A stretch of DNA of 64,000 nt from an uncultured Solirubrobacteraceae bacterium (GTDB lineage: Bacteria > Actinomycetota > Thermoleophilia > Solirubrobacterales > Solirubrobacteraceae). The first letter of the stretch is position 1. Every line of letters starts with the position of its first letter. Under the pieces are notes generated by a model that was not told the DNA's origin, searched no databases, and saw only the letters and a program-made list of their open reading frames with translations. The stretch lies in the NCBI GenBank assembly GCA_964588985.1, contig CAZPQW010000001.1:96001-160000 (forward strand), given 5' to 3'. Of the stretch, positions 1 to 9,841 are shown one piece after another. Position numbers and translations under genes: made by a program.

Positions 1-460
1 GGCCGGCGAATTCGGCGAAGTTGTTCGACATGCCCGTGATTGCGGTCGCCTGCTGGATGTCCTCCTCCGCGACGGTTTGCGGCAAGAGACCCTCGGCGGC
101 GGGCCGGAAGAACGCCTCCGCTGCGCCGAACACGATCTCGATCGCGACCAGCTGCCAGATCCGGACGGAGCCGACGAAGATCAGCACCGCGAGCAGCGCG
201 TGGAGCGCGAAGCGGATGAGGTCGGTGGCGATCATCACCCGGTGGCGCGGCAAGCGGTCGGCCCACACGCCGCCGATCAGCAGGAACGCGACGAGTGAGA
301 GCGCGTGCGCGCCCAGCACCAGCCCGAGGTCGGTGGCGCTGCCGGTGAGCTGCACGACGTAAAGCGCGAGCGCGACCAGCACGATGAAGTCGCCGATCGC
401 GCTCGTGGACTGCGCAAGCCACAGCGAGCGGAAGTCGCTCCCGCGCAGAACCCGTCTCAT
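1..460 (-). CDS. MFS transporter (N-terminal part; truncated by window edge)
   Basis: Manual translation from ATG at 460: MRRVLRGSDFRSLWLAQSTSAIGD...GGVWADRLPRHRVM (MFS motif A), multiple TM helices; not in ORF track because it is open at the edge. Confidence 0.85.
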   Translation of the reverse strand, partial: MRRVLRGSDFRSLWLAQSTSAIGDFIVLVALALYVVQLTGSATDLGLVLGAHALSLVAFLLIGGVWADRLPRHRVMIATDLIRFALHALLAVLIFVGSVRIWQLVAIEIVFGAAEAFFRPAAEGLLPQTVAEEDIQQATAITGMSNNFAEFAG

Positions 461-509
461 CTCGCCGAGGCTTGACTTCACCCCAGCCAGCTTGACGCGT
501 TCCGCGGAT

Positions 510-1001
510 TCAGGCGGGAACGGGTGCCGCGCGGCGCTCCGCGAGGCGCTGCTCGGCGTAGGCGCGGCCGCGCTCGGCGTCGCCGGTGGCGAACGTGGCG
601 ATGTCCGCGAGTGTGACGACGCGGCCGAGCGCGCCCCACGTGCCGTCTGGGATCTCGGGCGTAAAGACCCACACGCGCGAAGGGTCGCGGTCGTGGGCGC
701 CCTGCTCCGCGTCGAGCACCGCCTCGGTGATGCTCGCGACCATCCCCTGGCGGCGCTCGGGGTCGTACTGCCCCTCGGGCACGGACGCGACGAAGCGGTA
801 GCGGGGCGTCTCGGCGCGTGAGCCGGCGACGTACACGTCCTGCGGGCGGTGAACGAACAGCCACGCGATCGAGCGCACCTGCGGGTTGGTCGGATCGGCG
901 CCCTCGTGGGTGATGAGGATGTCGGTGAGGTCGGCGAGCAGCCGCTCCTCGGCCTCGGGTGTGAGCGCTCCTGCGGGGATGTATGCGTCGAGCATCGGCA
1001 T
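510..1001 (-). CDS. Tautomerase-superfamily protein
   Basis: AGGAGG RBS before M-P-MLDAYIP (catalytic Pro1 after Met removal); two beta-alpha-beta repeats ending RVWVFTPEIPDGTWG. Confidence 0.75.
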   Translation of the reverse strand: MPMLDAYIPAGALTPEAEERLLADLTDILITHEGADPTNPQVRSIAWLFVHRPQDVYVAGSRAETPRYRFVASVPEGQYDPERRQGMVASITEAVLDAEQGAHDRDPSRVWVFTPEIPDGTWGALGRVVTLADIATFATGDAERGRAYAEQRLAERRAAPVPA

Positions 1002-1098
1002 GCGATGAGCCTCCTGTGAGTCACTTTCTTTATAAGAGCGAGCTGTCGCGGCGACCATAGCGGAGTAACTCCTCTTATGCAAGCGATACACTGCGCGC

Positions 1099-1632
1099 AT
1101 GAAGCGAACGTCCCTCGCCAACCAGCCGTGCTCGATCGCGCGGACGCTCGACGTGGTCGGCGAGTGGTGGGCGCCGCTGATCCTGCGCGACGTCGCCTAC
1201 GGCGTTCGCCGCTTCGGCGAGATCCAGGACGACCTCGGCATCTCCGCGAACGTGCTCGCCGACCGCCTTGGGGCGCTCGTGGCGGCGGGGGTCCTCGAGA
1301 CGCACGTCTACCAGCAGCGCCCTGAGCGCCATGAGTACCGGCTGACGGAGAAGGGCGCCGACCTGATTCCAGCGCTGCTGGCGCTGATGCAGTGGGGAGA
1401 CCGCTGGACGTGGCCGGGCAAGCGGGGGCCTGTGCGGGTGGTGCACCACGACTGTGGGCAGGAGGTCAGCGTGGAGGTGCGCTGTGAGACCTGCGACCGA
1501 GAGCTGGAGATGGGGGAGCTGCGCGCGAAGCCGCGGCGGGGAGTGGTGGAGGAGCCGGGCGAGGGAGATCCGGGGCGGCTGTCGGGGATGCGGCTGCAGG
1601 CCAGTCGGGAGGGGGCGCGGCTGGAGGCGTAG
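1099..1632 (+). CDS. HxlR-family winged-helix transcriptional regulator
   Basis: CSIARTLDVVGEWW...RRFGE...YRLTEKG...WGDRW; divergent from tautomerase; TACACT -10 six nt before ATG. Confidence 0.9.
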   Translation: MKRTSLANQPCSIARTLDVVGEWWAPLILRDVAYGVRRFGEIQDDLGISANVLADRLGALVAAGVLETHVYQQRPERHEYRLTEKGADLIPALLALMQWGDRWTWPGKRGPVRVVHHDCGQEVSVEVRCETCDRELEMGELRAKPRRGVVEEPGEGDPGRLSGMRLQASREGARLEA

Positions 1633-1643
1633 GGCTCAGGCCC

Positions 1644-2111
1644 TCAGACCTCGCCGTCCCAGTAGTCGACCGCGCCATCCGCGCGGCGCAGCATCACGTT
1701 GTCGTCGGGGTTGCCGGGCCAGACGCCGATCTTGTCGCTGTCCGGATACACCGCGACGGAAGGCTCGCGTGCGCTGGAGAACATCATGATCCGCGCGCTC
1801 GACTCGGACTTGTTGGAGACCCTGTGGGCGCCGTCGGGGCCGGGTGGGAAGCAGACGATCTCGCCGCGTTCGAGCGTCTCCTCGCCAGATGGGATGCGGA
1901 CGACGACGCTGCCGTCGAGCACCACGAGCCACTCCTCCTCGTACTCGTAGTGATACGGGCACAAAGCCTCGCCCCGAGGCAACTCGAAGACCTTGACCGC
2001 GAGCGCTTGGCCGCCGACGGCCTTGCCGACCCGCGCCATCGCGGCGCGATATCCTGCCGGGTCGCTCTCGTCAAACTCGCACTCGTCGCTGAAGATGTTC
2101 GCTCGGCGCAT
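1644..2111 (-). CDS. Cupin-domain protein
   Basis: PYHYEYEEEW...FPPGPDGAHRVSN...YPDSDKIG cupin motifs. Confidence 0.85.
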   Translation of the reverse strand: MRRANIFSDECEFDESDPAGYRAAMARVGKAVGGQALAVKVFELPRGEALCPYHYEYEEEWLVVLDGSVVVRIPSGEETLERGEIVCFPPGPDGAHRVSNKSESSARIMMFSSAREPSVAVYPDSDKIGVWPGNPDDNVMLRRADGAVDYWDGEV

Positions 2112-2120
2112 ACGCCGATG

Positions 2121-2912
2121 CTACTTGCGCTTGGCTTGGTGCTCCAGCACCTTCCCGAACGCGTCCTCCAGCTGGGTGGTCATCCGCTGCTTGAACAGCG
2201 CGAGCAGCGCCTCCGAGGCCATCGGTCGCAGCGAGTTGACCGCGTCGGTGAGCTCGTCCCAGCGCTCGTCCGGACGGCCGGCGGCCTCGAAGGGCTCCCA
2301 CAGCTCGCGGATGAACAGCTTGGTGAACGCGCGCGAGATCGACTCGCAGTCGCGGCTCATGCGCTCCACAAGCGACAGCGCGGCGCGCAGCGGGATGCCG
2401 AGGGCGGTGACCTCTTCGGCGGCGCTCAGCAGTGCGGGGCTTGGGACTTCGAAGCGGTCGTCCCCGAGCGGCACGAGCAGTTTGAGCTTGATCACTCGCT
2501 CGGTGTCCTTGTGGGCGACGGGGCCGAAGCGCTTCTCCAGTTCCTCCGCGGTGATGAACTCGGGCGTCTCGGGCTCATACGGTGCGGTTACCGCGGCGCG
2601 CAGGCCGAGCAGGCGACCGGCGAGGCCATCGGAGCCGCTGAGCAGTCGCTCGATCGCGGCAAGGTTGAAGCCGTCGGCCTGTAGGTCGAGGATCAGCTTG
2701 AGCCGTGCGACGTGGTCGGCGTTGTAGTAGCCGATGCGTGCACGAACCTCCGGAGCGGGTAGTAGTCCCCGTGTGTGGTGGTTGCGGATGTTGCGAACCG
2801 ACATGCCGACCTCGGCGGCGAGCTGCTCGACGGTTAGGTTGTTACCGGGGGTCGAGCCGTTCTGCTTCTTGGTCGCCGGTGTTTTGGGGGCGGTCTCTGT
2901 GTTTGTCGTCAC
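2121..2912 (-). CDS. MerR-family transcriptional regulator
   Basis: LTVEQLAAEVGMSVRNIRNH...GLLP...YNADHVARLKLI HTH; start chosen at GTG 2912 behind a TATCCT -10. Confidence 0.85.
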   Translation of the reverse strand: MTTNTETAPKTPATKKQNGSTPGNNLTVEQLAAEVGMSVRNIRNHHTRGLLPAPEVRARIGYYNADHVARLKLILDLQADGFNLAAIERLLSGSDGLAGRLLGLRAAVTAPYEPETPEFITAEELEKRFGPVAHKDTERVIKLKLLVPLGDDRFEVPSPALLSAAEEVTALGIPLRAALSLVERMSRDCESISRAFTKLFIRELWEPFEAAGRPDERWDELTDAVNSLRPMASEALLALFKQRMTTQLEDAFGKVLEHQAKRK

Positions 2913-2930
2913 AGTTGGAGGATACCACGT

Positions 2931-2960
2931 TTGATGTACCCTCATTTGAGGTAACATTAA
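2931..2960. promoter_or_regulatory. Imperfect inverted repeat, probable operator between merR and the desaturase operon
   Basis: TTGATGTACCCTCA-TT-TGAGGTAACATTAA, 11/14 arm match, AT-rich in GC-rich context. Confidence 0.55.
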
Positions 2961-3020
2961 CTCGCGTCATGACTTTCATCCTTCATCCATCGAGCGAGAG
3001 CAGCGGCCCTGGTGGCGCCC

Positions 3021-4121
3021 GTGGCTGAACGCGGCGCCGTGCCCCAGGTCTCCGCCGGGCGCCGTAGGGCGCTGGGGCTGATCCGCTCGTTCACCTCGCC
3101 GCTGCTGCCGGACGACTACCTCGAGCTGATCAACCCGCTGTGGTCGACGCGCGAGCTGCGCGGGCGCATCGAACGCGTCGAGCGCGAGACCGCGGAGGCG
3201 GTGACGGTGCTGATCAAGCCAGGGTGGGAGTGGCTGGGCCATCGGCCCGGTCAGTACGTGCGGCTGGGCATCGCGGTCGATGGCATCCATCACTGGCGCG
3301 CGTACTCGCTCACCTCCGACCCCGCGCGCCCCGACGGCTGCATCGCCATCACCCCCAAGCTGGTCGAGGGCGGGAAGGTGACGCCGTTCCTCTGCGGGGA
3401 CGTGCGCCCCGGCACGGTTGTCCGTCTCGGCGGCGTGGAAGGGAGCTTTGTGCTCCCCGATCCGCTGCCCGAGCGGCTGCTGTTCGTGAGTGCGGGCAGC
3501 GGGATCACGCCGATCATGAGCATGCTCCGCAGCCTCGACCGCGCGGGCGGGCTGCGCGACGTGGTGCACGTGCACTGCGAGCGCGACGCCGAGCGGGTGA
3601 TCTTCGGCGGCGAGCTGCGCGATCTGAGCGAGCGCGCGCCCGGCTACACGCTCCACGAGCAGCTCAGCGGACAACAGGGTCGCCTGAGCGCGGAGCGCCT
3701 GCAGGAGCTGTGTCCCGACTGGCGCGAGCGCGAGACGTTCCTGTGTGGCCCGGGCGGGCTGTTGGACGCGATGAGCGAGCACTGGCAGCTCGACGGCGAT
3801 CCCGCGCGTCTGCACGTGGAGCACTTTCAGCCGCACTTGGCGGTCGGCGACGGCGAGCGCGGCGCGGGCGGGGCGATTCGCTTCTGCAAGAGCGGCGTGG
3901 ACGCGGCGAGCGACGGCGAGCAGCCGATCCTCGTGGCGGGCGAGAACGCGGGGGCTGAGCTTCCGTTCGGCTGTCGCATGGGCATCTGCCACAGCTGCGT
4001 GGGGCGTCTGCGCACTGGGCAGGTTCGCGACCTGCGCACCGGCCGCGTGCACGGCTCGCCTGGAGAACTGCTGCGCACCTGCGTCAACGCGCCCGAAGGC
4101 GCGATCGAGATCGACCTATGA
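3021..4121 (+). CDS. Ferredoxin-NAD(P)H oxidoreductase partner of acyl-CoA desaturase (Rv3230c-like)
   Basis: RAYSL FAD motif, AGSGITP, CGP, C-terminal 2Fe-2S GCRMGICHSC...C. Confidence 0.9.
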   Translation: MAERGAVPQVSAGRRRALGLIRSFTSPLLPDDYLELINPLWSTRELRGRIERVERETAEAVTVLIKPGWEWLGHRPGQYVRLGIAVDGIHHWRAYSLTSDPARPDGCIAITPKLVEGGKVTPFLCGDVRPGTVVRLGGVEGSFVLPDPLPERLLFVSAGSGITPIMSMLRSLDRAGGLRDVVHVHCERDAERVIFGGELRDLSERAPGYTLHEQLSGQQGRLSAERLQELCPDWRERETFLCGPGGLLDAMSEHWQLDGDPARLHVEHFQPHLAVGDGERGAGGAIRFCKSGVDAASDGEQPILVAGENAGAELPFGCRMGICHSCVGRLRTGQVRDLRTGRVHGSPGELLRTCVNAPEGAIEIDL

Positions 4122-4168
4122 CCGGCCTCCGAGCACCTCTGACCATCCACGAGCGAAGGATCTGAGAC

Positions 4169-5368
4169 ATGTCAGCCACAACAGCCGAGCGCCCTGTGAC
4201 GGAGCGCACCGCCGATGAGCCTGAGAACCCGCTCGCGAACCTGACGACCGAGCAGCTGGAGCAGCTCGGCCGCGAGTTCGACGCGATCCACGACGAGGTC
4301 TACGCGGACCTCGGCGATCGCGACGCGCGCTACATCCGCTCCACGATCAAGCTCCACCGCCATCTCGTGCTGGCCTCGCGCTTGCTGCTGATGGGCTCGC
4401 GCAAGCGGCCGCTTTGGCTGGCGGGCACGACTGCGCTGTCGCTGGCGAAGATCCTCGAGAACATGGAGATCGGCCACAACGTGATGCACGGCCAGTGGGA
4501 CTGGATGAACGACCCGGACATCAACTCCCAGAACTGGGACTGGGACACGGCCTCGCCGGCGGACGCGTGGCGGCACTCGCACAACTACGAGCACCACACG
4601 TTCACCAATATCCGCGGCAAGGATCGCGACCTCGGCTACGAGATCATGCGCATCGACCCGCATCAGAAGTGGCACCCGGTTTACCTGCTCCAGCCCTTCT
4701 ACAACCTGCTGCTGATGGGCTTCTTCGAGTGGGGCGTGGCGATGCACGACCTCAACCGCGGCGCGATCCACTCGGGCGAGAAGTCGAAGGAGCAGGTGCT
4801 CGAAGAGCTGAAGGCGATCGGCGTCAAGGCGCGCGATCAGATCGTCAAGGACTACGCCGCGTTTCCCGCGCTCTCGGCGCTGGCGGCGCTCGCGACCAGT
4901 CGCGGGTCGGTGGCGTCGGGGCGGAGCTCGTTCAAGTCGACCATGACGGCAAACTTCACCGCCAACATCGTGCGCAACATGTGGGCCTACTCGATCATCT
5001 TCTGCGGCCACTTCCCCGACCAGACCTACACGTTCAGCGAGGAGGAGGTCGCGGACGAGACCCGCGGCGGCTTCTACGTGCGTCAGCTGCTCGGCTCGGC
5101 GAACATCGACGGCGGCCCGGTCTTCCACCTGCTCGCGGGCAACCTCAGCTTCCAGGTCGAGCACCACCTGTTCCCCGACATGCCCTCCAGCCGCTACGCG
5201 GAGATCGCGCCGAGGGTGCGCGACATCTGCCGCCGCTACGGCCTCCCCTACAACACGGGTCCGCTGCACAAGCAGCTCGGCACCGTCCACCGCACGATCC
5301 TGCGACTGGCCTTCCCCGGCGGCAGGTCACGTCCCAAGCCTGGGCCGTACCGGCCGAGCGAGGTCTAG
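4169..5368 (+). CDS. Membrane acyl-CoA desaturase (DesA3-like)
   Basis: His boxes HNVMH, HSHNYEHH, QVEHH. Confidence 0.92.
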   Translation: MSATTAERPVTERTADEPENPLANLTTEQLEQLGREFDAIHDEVYADLGDRDARYIRSTIKLHRHLVLASRLLLMGSRKRPLWLAGTTALSLAKILENMEIGHNVMHGQWDWMNDPDINSQNWDWDTASPADAWRHSHNYEHHTFTNIRGKDRDLGYEIMRIDPHQKWHPVYLLQPFYNLLLMGFFEWGVAMHDLNRGAIHSGEKSKEQVLEELKAIGVKARDQIVKDYAAFPALSALAALATSRGSVASGRSSFKSTMTANFTANIVRNMWAYSIIFCGHFPDQTYTFSEEEVADETRGGFYVRQLLGSANIDGGPVFHLLAGNLSFQVEHHLFPDMPSSRYAEIAPRVRDICRRYGLPYNTGPLHKQLGTVHRTILRLAFPGGRSRPKPGPYRPSEV

Positions 5369-6141
5369 TCGCAGCCGGTGATGCCGCCGTCGAGCGGGAT
5401 CACCGTGCCGGTGAGGTAGGCGCCGGCGCGCGAGGCGAGGAACTGCACGAGCCCCGCGACGTCGTCGGCGCGCCCGATGCGTCCGAGCGGCACGGACTGC
5501 TCGACCGCCTCACGCGTCTCGGGGTTGTCGAGGATGAAGGCCATCATCTTGCTCTCGAATGGCCCCGGAGCTATCGCGTTGACGGTGATGTGCTCGGAGG
5601 CGAGGCGCTTGGCGAGGTGGCGGGTGAGCATGTGGACGGCGGCCTTCGACGCGCTGTAACTGAAGTTCTCCACGGCAGGCGTGCGCAGGCCGTCGATCGA
5701 GCCGATGTTGATCACGCGCGCGGGGTCGTCGGCTTCGGCCGCGGCGCGCAGCGCGGGCAGCAGCGCGACGGTGAGGTGGAAGACGCCCTCGACGTTGGTG
5801 TGCATGACCTTGTCCCAGCCGGTCGCGGGGAAGTCCTCGATCGGCGCTCCCCAGACGACGCCGGCGTTGTTGACGAGGATGTCGAGCGCCTGAAAGCGCG
5901 AGTGGGTCTCTGCGGCGAGCGCCGCGGCGCCCTCGGGTTTCGAGACGTCGCCGACGATCGCCTCGCACTCGCCGTGCTCGCTCAGCAGTCGCGCGGCCGC
6001 CTCGACGTCTTCGCGCTTGCGCGAGGAGATGATCACGCGCGCGCCCGCCTGCACGAGGCCGCGGGCGATCATCAGGCCGATGCCGCGCGATCCGCCGGTG
6101 ACGAGCGCGGTCTTGCCGGATACGTCGAAGAGGTCGCTCAT
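5365..6141 (-). CDS. Short-chain dehydrogenase/reductase
   Basis: TGGSRGIG, NNAG, YSASK; real start MSDLFDVSGK at 6141. Confidence 0.92.
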   Translation of the reverse strand: MSDLFDVSGKTALVTGGSRGIGLMIARGLVQAGARVIISSRKREDVEAAARLLSEHGECEAIVGDVSKPEGAAALAAETHSRFQALDILVNNAGVVWGAPIEDFPATGWDKVMHTNVEGVFHLTVALLPALRAAAEADDPARVINIGSIDGLRTPAVENFSYSASKAAVHMLTRHLAKRLASEHITVNAIAPGPFESKMMAFILDNPETREAVEQSVPLGRIGRADDVAGLVQFLASRAGAYLTGTVIPLDGGITGCD

Positions 6142-6143
6142 CG

Positions 6144-6947
6144 CTAGTCGGCGAACTCCGCGGGACGCTTCTCGAGGAACGCGCCGATCGCCTCGGGTAC
6201 GGCCTGGCCGAAGGTGCTCATGATCTGCTGGCGGTCCTCGTACTCGACCGCGGCCTGCTCGGAGGGGATCTCCAGCGCCGTCCAGATCCCGCGCTTGGTC
6301 AGCCGCACGCCCCACGGCGCGAGCGACGCGATCTGCTGCGCGCTCTCGAGCGCTCGCTCGAGCAAACGATCGCCCTCGACGACGTCGGCGACGAGCCCGA
6401 TCCGCAGCGCCTCCTCGGCGTCGACCCTGCGGCCGGTGAGCATCAGCTCGTGCGAGCGCGACGCGCCGATCAGGCGCGGCAGCAGCCAGCTGGTGCCCAT
6501 GTCGCAGTTCGACACGCCTATGTTGATGAACGCCGCGCGGAACACCGCGGCGGTGCTCGCGTAGCGGATGTCGCTGCCGAGGCTCAGCGCGAGGCCGAAC
6601 CCCGCGGCGGGGCCGTTGACGGCGGCGATCACCGGCTGCGGCAGTGCGCGCAGCTCGAGGATCAGCGTGGACATGTGCTGCTGGTTGCCGAGGCGGTCGC
6701 GCGATTCGTCGTTGCCGTCGTTCCCCGGTGCGGCGCCGTAGCCGTGGAGGTCGAGGCCCGCGCAGAAGCCGCGGCCGGCGCCGGTGAGGATCACGGCGCG
6801 GCACGAGCGGTCGGCCGCGATCGCGCGCAGCTGGCCGTGCAGCTCCTCGCACAGCTCGGCGTTCATCGTGTTGAGCTGCTCGGGCCGGTTGAGCGTCAGC
6901 TGACGAACGTGCGGGGCGGGTTCGTCGACGAGCAGCAGAGCGGTCAT
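6144..6947 (-). CDS. Enoyl-CoA hydratase/isomerase
   Basis: LNRPEQLN, FCAGLDL, IAAVNGPAAGFG crotonase motifs. Confidence 0.9.
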   Translation of the reverse strand: MTALLLVDEPAPHVRQLTLNRPEQLNTMNAELCEELHGQLRAIAADRSCRAVILTGAGRGFCAGLDLHGYGAAPGNDGNDESRDRLGNQQHMSTLILELRALPQPVIAAVNGPAAGFGLALSLGSDIRYASTAAVFRAAFINIGVSNCDMGTSWLLPRLIGASRSHELMLTGRRVDAEEALRIGLVADVVEGDRLLERALESAQQIASLAPWGVRLTKRGIWTALEIPSEQAAVEYEDRQQIMSTFGQAVPEAIGAFLEKRPAEFAD

Positions 6948-6973
6948 GGCGAGCGCTGATACTACGCGCTGGG

Positions 6974-7840
6974 GTGTGTGTGAGACTGCCGCGCGTGCAC
7001 GCGAGCGGGACGAGGGTGGCGGTTGTGGGCCACGTCGAGTGGGTGCAATTCGCACACGTGGATCACGTGCCCGTGGCGGGCGAGGTGGTCCACGCGGGAG
7101 AGCCGTTCGAGGAGCCCGCGGGAGGGGGAGCGGTGGCGGCGGTGCAGCTCGCGCGCCTCGCGGGCGGGGCGACGCTGTTCACGGTGCTCGGCGACGACGA
7201 GCACGGCCACCGCTCGGTGGAGCGTCTGAGCGAGCTCGGGGTCGAGGTTCGCGCTTCGTTCGTGTCCACGCCGACACGCCGCGCGGTGACGCTGGTGGAC
7301 GACGCGGGCGAGCGCACGATCACGACGTTCGGCCCGCGCCTGGATCCGCCGGGCGACGCGGGCGACGAGCAGTGGGAGGGGCTGGCTGATCTGGACGCGG
7401 TGTACTTCACCGCGGGTGACGTGGGCGCGCTGCGCAGGGCGCGCGCGGCGACACGGGTGCTCGTCGCGAGCCCTCGTGCGCGCAGTGCGCTCGGTCACGG
7501 CGTGGAGCTGGATGCCCTGGTGATGAGCGGTCACGACGCGATCGAGGCGCGCGAGGCTGAGCGTGCTCAGGGCGAGGCGGCGGTCGTTGTATCAACCGAA
7601 GGCGCGCGGGGTGGGAGCTACCGGGAGCGTTTGGGCGCGAGCGGCAGGTGGGAGGCGGCGGAGCTACCGGGCGAGGCGGGAGACTCCTACGGCTGCGGCG
7701 ACTCGTTCGCGGCGGGGCTCGCCTACGGGCTTGGTGTGGGACTCGCGCTGGGCGAGGCGCTCCACCTGGCGGCGCGCTGCGGGGCGGCTTGTCTCACCGG
7801 GCGCGGGCCGTATGAGCGGCAGTTGGGTGGCATGAGCTAG
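6974..7840 (+). CDS. PfkB-family carbohydrate kinase
   Basis: PAGGGAVAAVQLARL, GERTI, DSYGCGDSF. Confidence 0.85.
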   Translation: MCVRLPRVHASGTRVAVVGHVEWVQFAHVDHVPVAGEVVHAGEPFEEPAGGGAVAAVQLARLAGGATLFTVLGDDEHGHRSVERLSELGVEVRASFVSTPTRRAVTLVDDAGERTITTFGPRLDPPGDAGDEQWEGLADLDAVYFTAGDVGALRRARAATRVLVASPRARSALGHGVELDALVMSGHDAIEAREAERAQGEAAVVVSTEGARGGSYRERLGASGRWEAAELPGEAGDSYGCGDSFAAGLAYGLGVGLALGEALHLAARCGAACLTGRGPYERQLGGMS

Positions 7841-8898
7841 CCAGCTCTGAGGCGCGCTTGACTGCCGGCCCGCGAGCCGCCGTTGGAGCGGCCACGCCGC
7901 GCTCGATGCTCGCTGTGCCTTTTGCTAGATCGACGGGAGCAAGGACGACGGGTCCCGGCGAGGGCTGTGTTGCGAGCTGCGGTTCTCAACACCTGGCCGC
8001 ATGTGGTGTACTCGAGCTCGTCTGCCGACAGGTGACCGATCGCGTACCTGAGGCCTGCCGGCGAGGTGCCCCGTACTGAACGGCCGTGGTTGCACCGCAT
8101 GATCGCCCGCTGCCCTTCATGCTCGATCTGTCGCTGTGTCGGGTGCCGGCGCGACGCGGCCGACGAGAGACGGTGCGGCATCGTGGAAGTATGTGCGCCT
8201 CTGGCGGGAAGGCCCGCGGCGCTAACCGAGCCGACGCCTCCAGCGTGCACGGCCAGGACGATCGCGGTAGTTGCCGACGCGGCAGCGAACGCCTGGCCGA
8301 GAACACCGAGTCCGGTCTTGAGGCCCGCTGCGCGACCCTTGACCAGCAGCGGCACCGACAGCATCGACTCCGCGCGCAGCGTGCGCAGTCTCCCTCGGGC
8401 ACGATGCAGGAGTGTCTTGACCGCCAGCACGGAGGTTCCAAGACTCACAGCCAGTTCGGCGTGACTGCGGCCCTCGAGCTCGCGCCCTACCAGCGCCTGG
8501 CGCTGGCGTGACGGCAGCTCGGCGATGGCGCCCATCAGCCAGTCGATCCACTCGCCCTGCTCGGCCGCCTCGTTCGGCGTCCGCTGAGTCACGTCCACGT
8601 GGCGGTCCTCGTCGGCTAGCGCGTAGGTCGGCTGGGACCGCCGCTGGGTATTGAGCGCACAGTTGCGCACAATCGCGAATAGCCAGGGACGCACGCTCTC
8701 CGGGCGGGCCCCCTGCTCCAGGGCGCGGTAGGCGTTCAGCATCGACTCCTGCACGACTTCCTCGCCAGCCTGTTCGTCGCTACCGAGCATCCTGACCGCG
8801 AAGCGCAGCAGCTCTGCCCGGTGCGGCTTCACCAGCTTGGCAAACGCCTCGCCGTCGCCAGCGGTGACCCTCTTCATCAAGTCATCGTCGGAGGTCAT
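7837..8898 (-). CDS. ECF sigma factor with C-terminal hydrophobic helix and extension
   Basis: Region 2 (GDGEAF...EEVVQE...WLFAIVRN), region 4 (LPSRQRQAL...VKTLLHRAR), then a hydrophobic stretch and about 130 aa tail. Confidence 0.8.
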   Translation of the reverse strand: MTSDDDLMKRVTAGDGEAFAKLVKPHRAELLRFAVRMLGSDEQAGEEVVQESMLNAYRALEQGARPESVRPWLFAIVRNCALNTQRRSQPTYALADEDRHVDVTQRTPNEAAEQGEWIDWLMGAIAELPSRQRQALVGRELEGRSHAELAVSLGTSVLAVKTLLHRARGRLRTLRAESMLSVPLLVKGRAAGLKTGLGVLGQAFAAASATTAIVLAVHAGGVGSVSAAGLPARGAHTSTMPHRLSSAASRRHPTQRQIEHEGQRAIMRCNHGRSVRGTSPAGLRYAIGHLSADELEYTTCGQVLRTAARNTALAGTRRPCSRRSSKRHSEHRARRGRSNGGSRAGSQARLRAG

Positions 8899-8904
8899 GC
8901 TAGG

Positions 8905-8932
8905 TATGACGCGCCCGCGCGGCAAAGGTTGC
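8905..8932 (-). promoter_or_regulatory. ECF-type promoter, probably autoregulatory
   Basis: Minus strand GCAAC-N16-CGTC, 9 nt before the sigma ATG; matches the generic ECF AAC/CGT consensus. Confidence 0.5.
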
Positions 8933-8962
8933 GCCGGTTCCCATCGCAATATGCTCCAGTGC

Positions 8963-9841
8963 ATGGCCTTCGAACAGATCGCATCCGACACCCCCCAGAT
9001 CTCGACCGATGTCGCGGACAGCGTGCTCACGATCACGCTCAACCGTCCTGAGCGCCTGAACGCATGGACGGGGCAGATGGGCGCGGAACTGATGGCGGCG
9101 TTCGACCGCGCCGACGTGGACGACCAGGTGCGGGTGGTGATCGTGACGGGCGCAGGCCGCGGCTTCTGCGCGGGCGCGGACCTGGCGGGCGGCGGCGAGA
9201 CGTTCGACTACAAGACGCGCGACAGCGGCGGCGCCGCGGCGCCGCGGGACAACGGTGGCCAGTTCACGCTGCGGGTCTTCCAGTCCACCAAGCCGGTGAT
9301 CGCCGCGATCAACGGACCGGCGGTGGGCGTGGGGGCGACGATGACGCTGCCGATGGACGTGCGCCTCGCGTCGGAGGACGCGCGCATGGGCTTCGTGTTC
9401 GCGCGCCGGGGGATCATCCCCGAGGCGTGCTCCAGCTGGTTCCTGCCGCGCGTGGTGGGCATCAGCCGCGCGATGGAGTGGGTCTCCACCGGACGTGTGT
9501 TCACCGCACAGGAGGGACTTGAGGCGGGACTGCTGCGCAGCGTTCACCCCGCTGGGGAGTTGCTCGACGCGGCGCACGCGCTCGCACGGGAGATCGTGGA
9601 GAACACAGCGCCGGTGTCGGTGGCGCTCGCGCGTCAGCTGATGTGGCGGATGCTCGGCGCGGAGCACCCAATGCTCGCGCACCGCGCCGACTCGCGCGGC
9701 ATGTTCTCCCGCGGTCAGTCAGCGGATGCCGTCGAGGGGATCACCGCGTTCCTCGAGAAGCGGCCCGCGAGCTTCCCCGACCGCGTCAGCGAGGGTCTCC
9801 CCGAGATCATGCCCTGGTGGAGCGAGCCGGAGTACGAGTAG
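8963..9841 (+). CDS. Enoyl-CoA hydratase/isomerase
   Basis: LNRPERLNA, FCAGADL, AINGPAVGVG; TATGCT -10 seven nt before ATG. Confidence 0.9.
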   Translation: MAFEQIASDTPQISTDVADSVLTITLNRPERLNAWTGQMGAELMAAFDRADVDDQVRVVIVTGAGRGFCAGADLAGGGETFDYKTRDSGGAAAPRDNGGQFTLRVFQSTKPVIAAINGPAVGVGATMTLPMDVRLASEDARMGFVFARRGIIPEACSSWFLPRVVGISRAMEWVSTGRVFTAQEGLEAGLLRSVHPAGELLDAAHALAREIVENTAPVSVALARQLMWRMLGAEHPMLAHRADSRGMFSRGQSADAVEGITAFLEKRPASFPDRVSEGLPEIMPWWSEPEYE

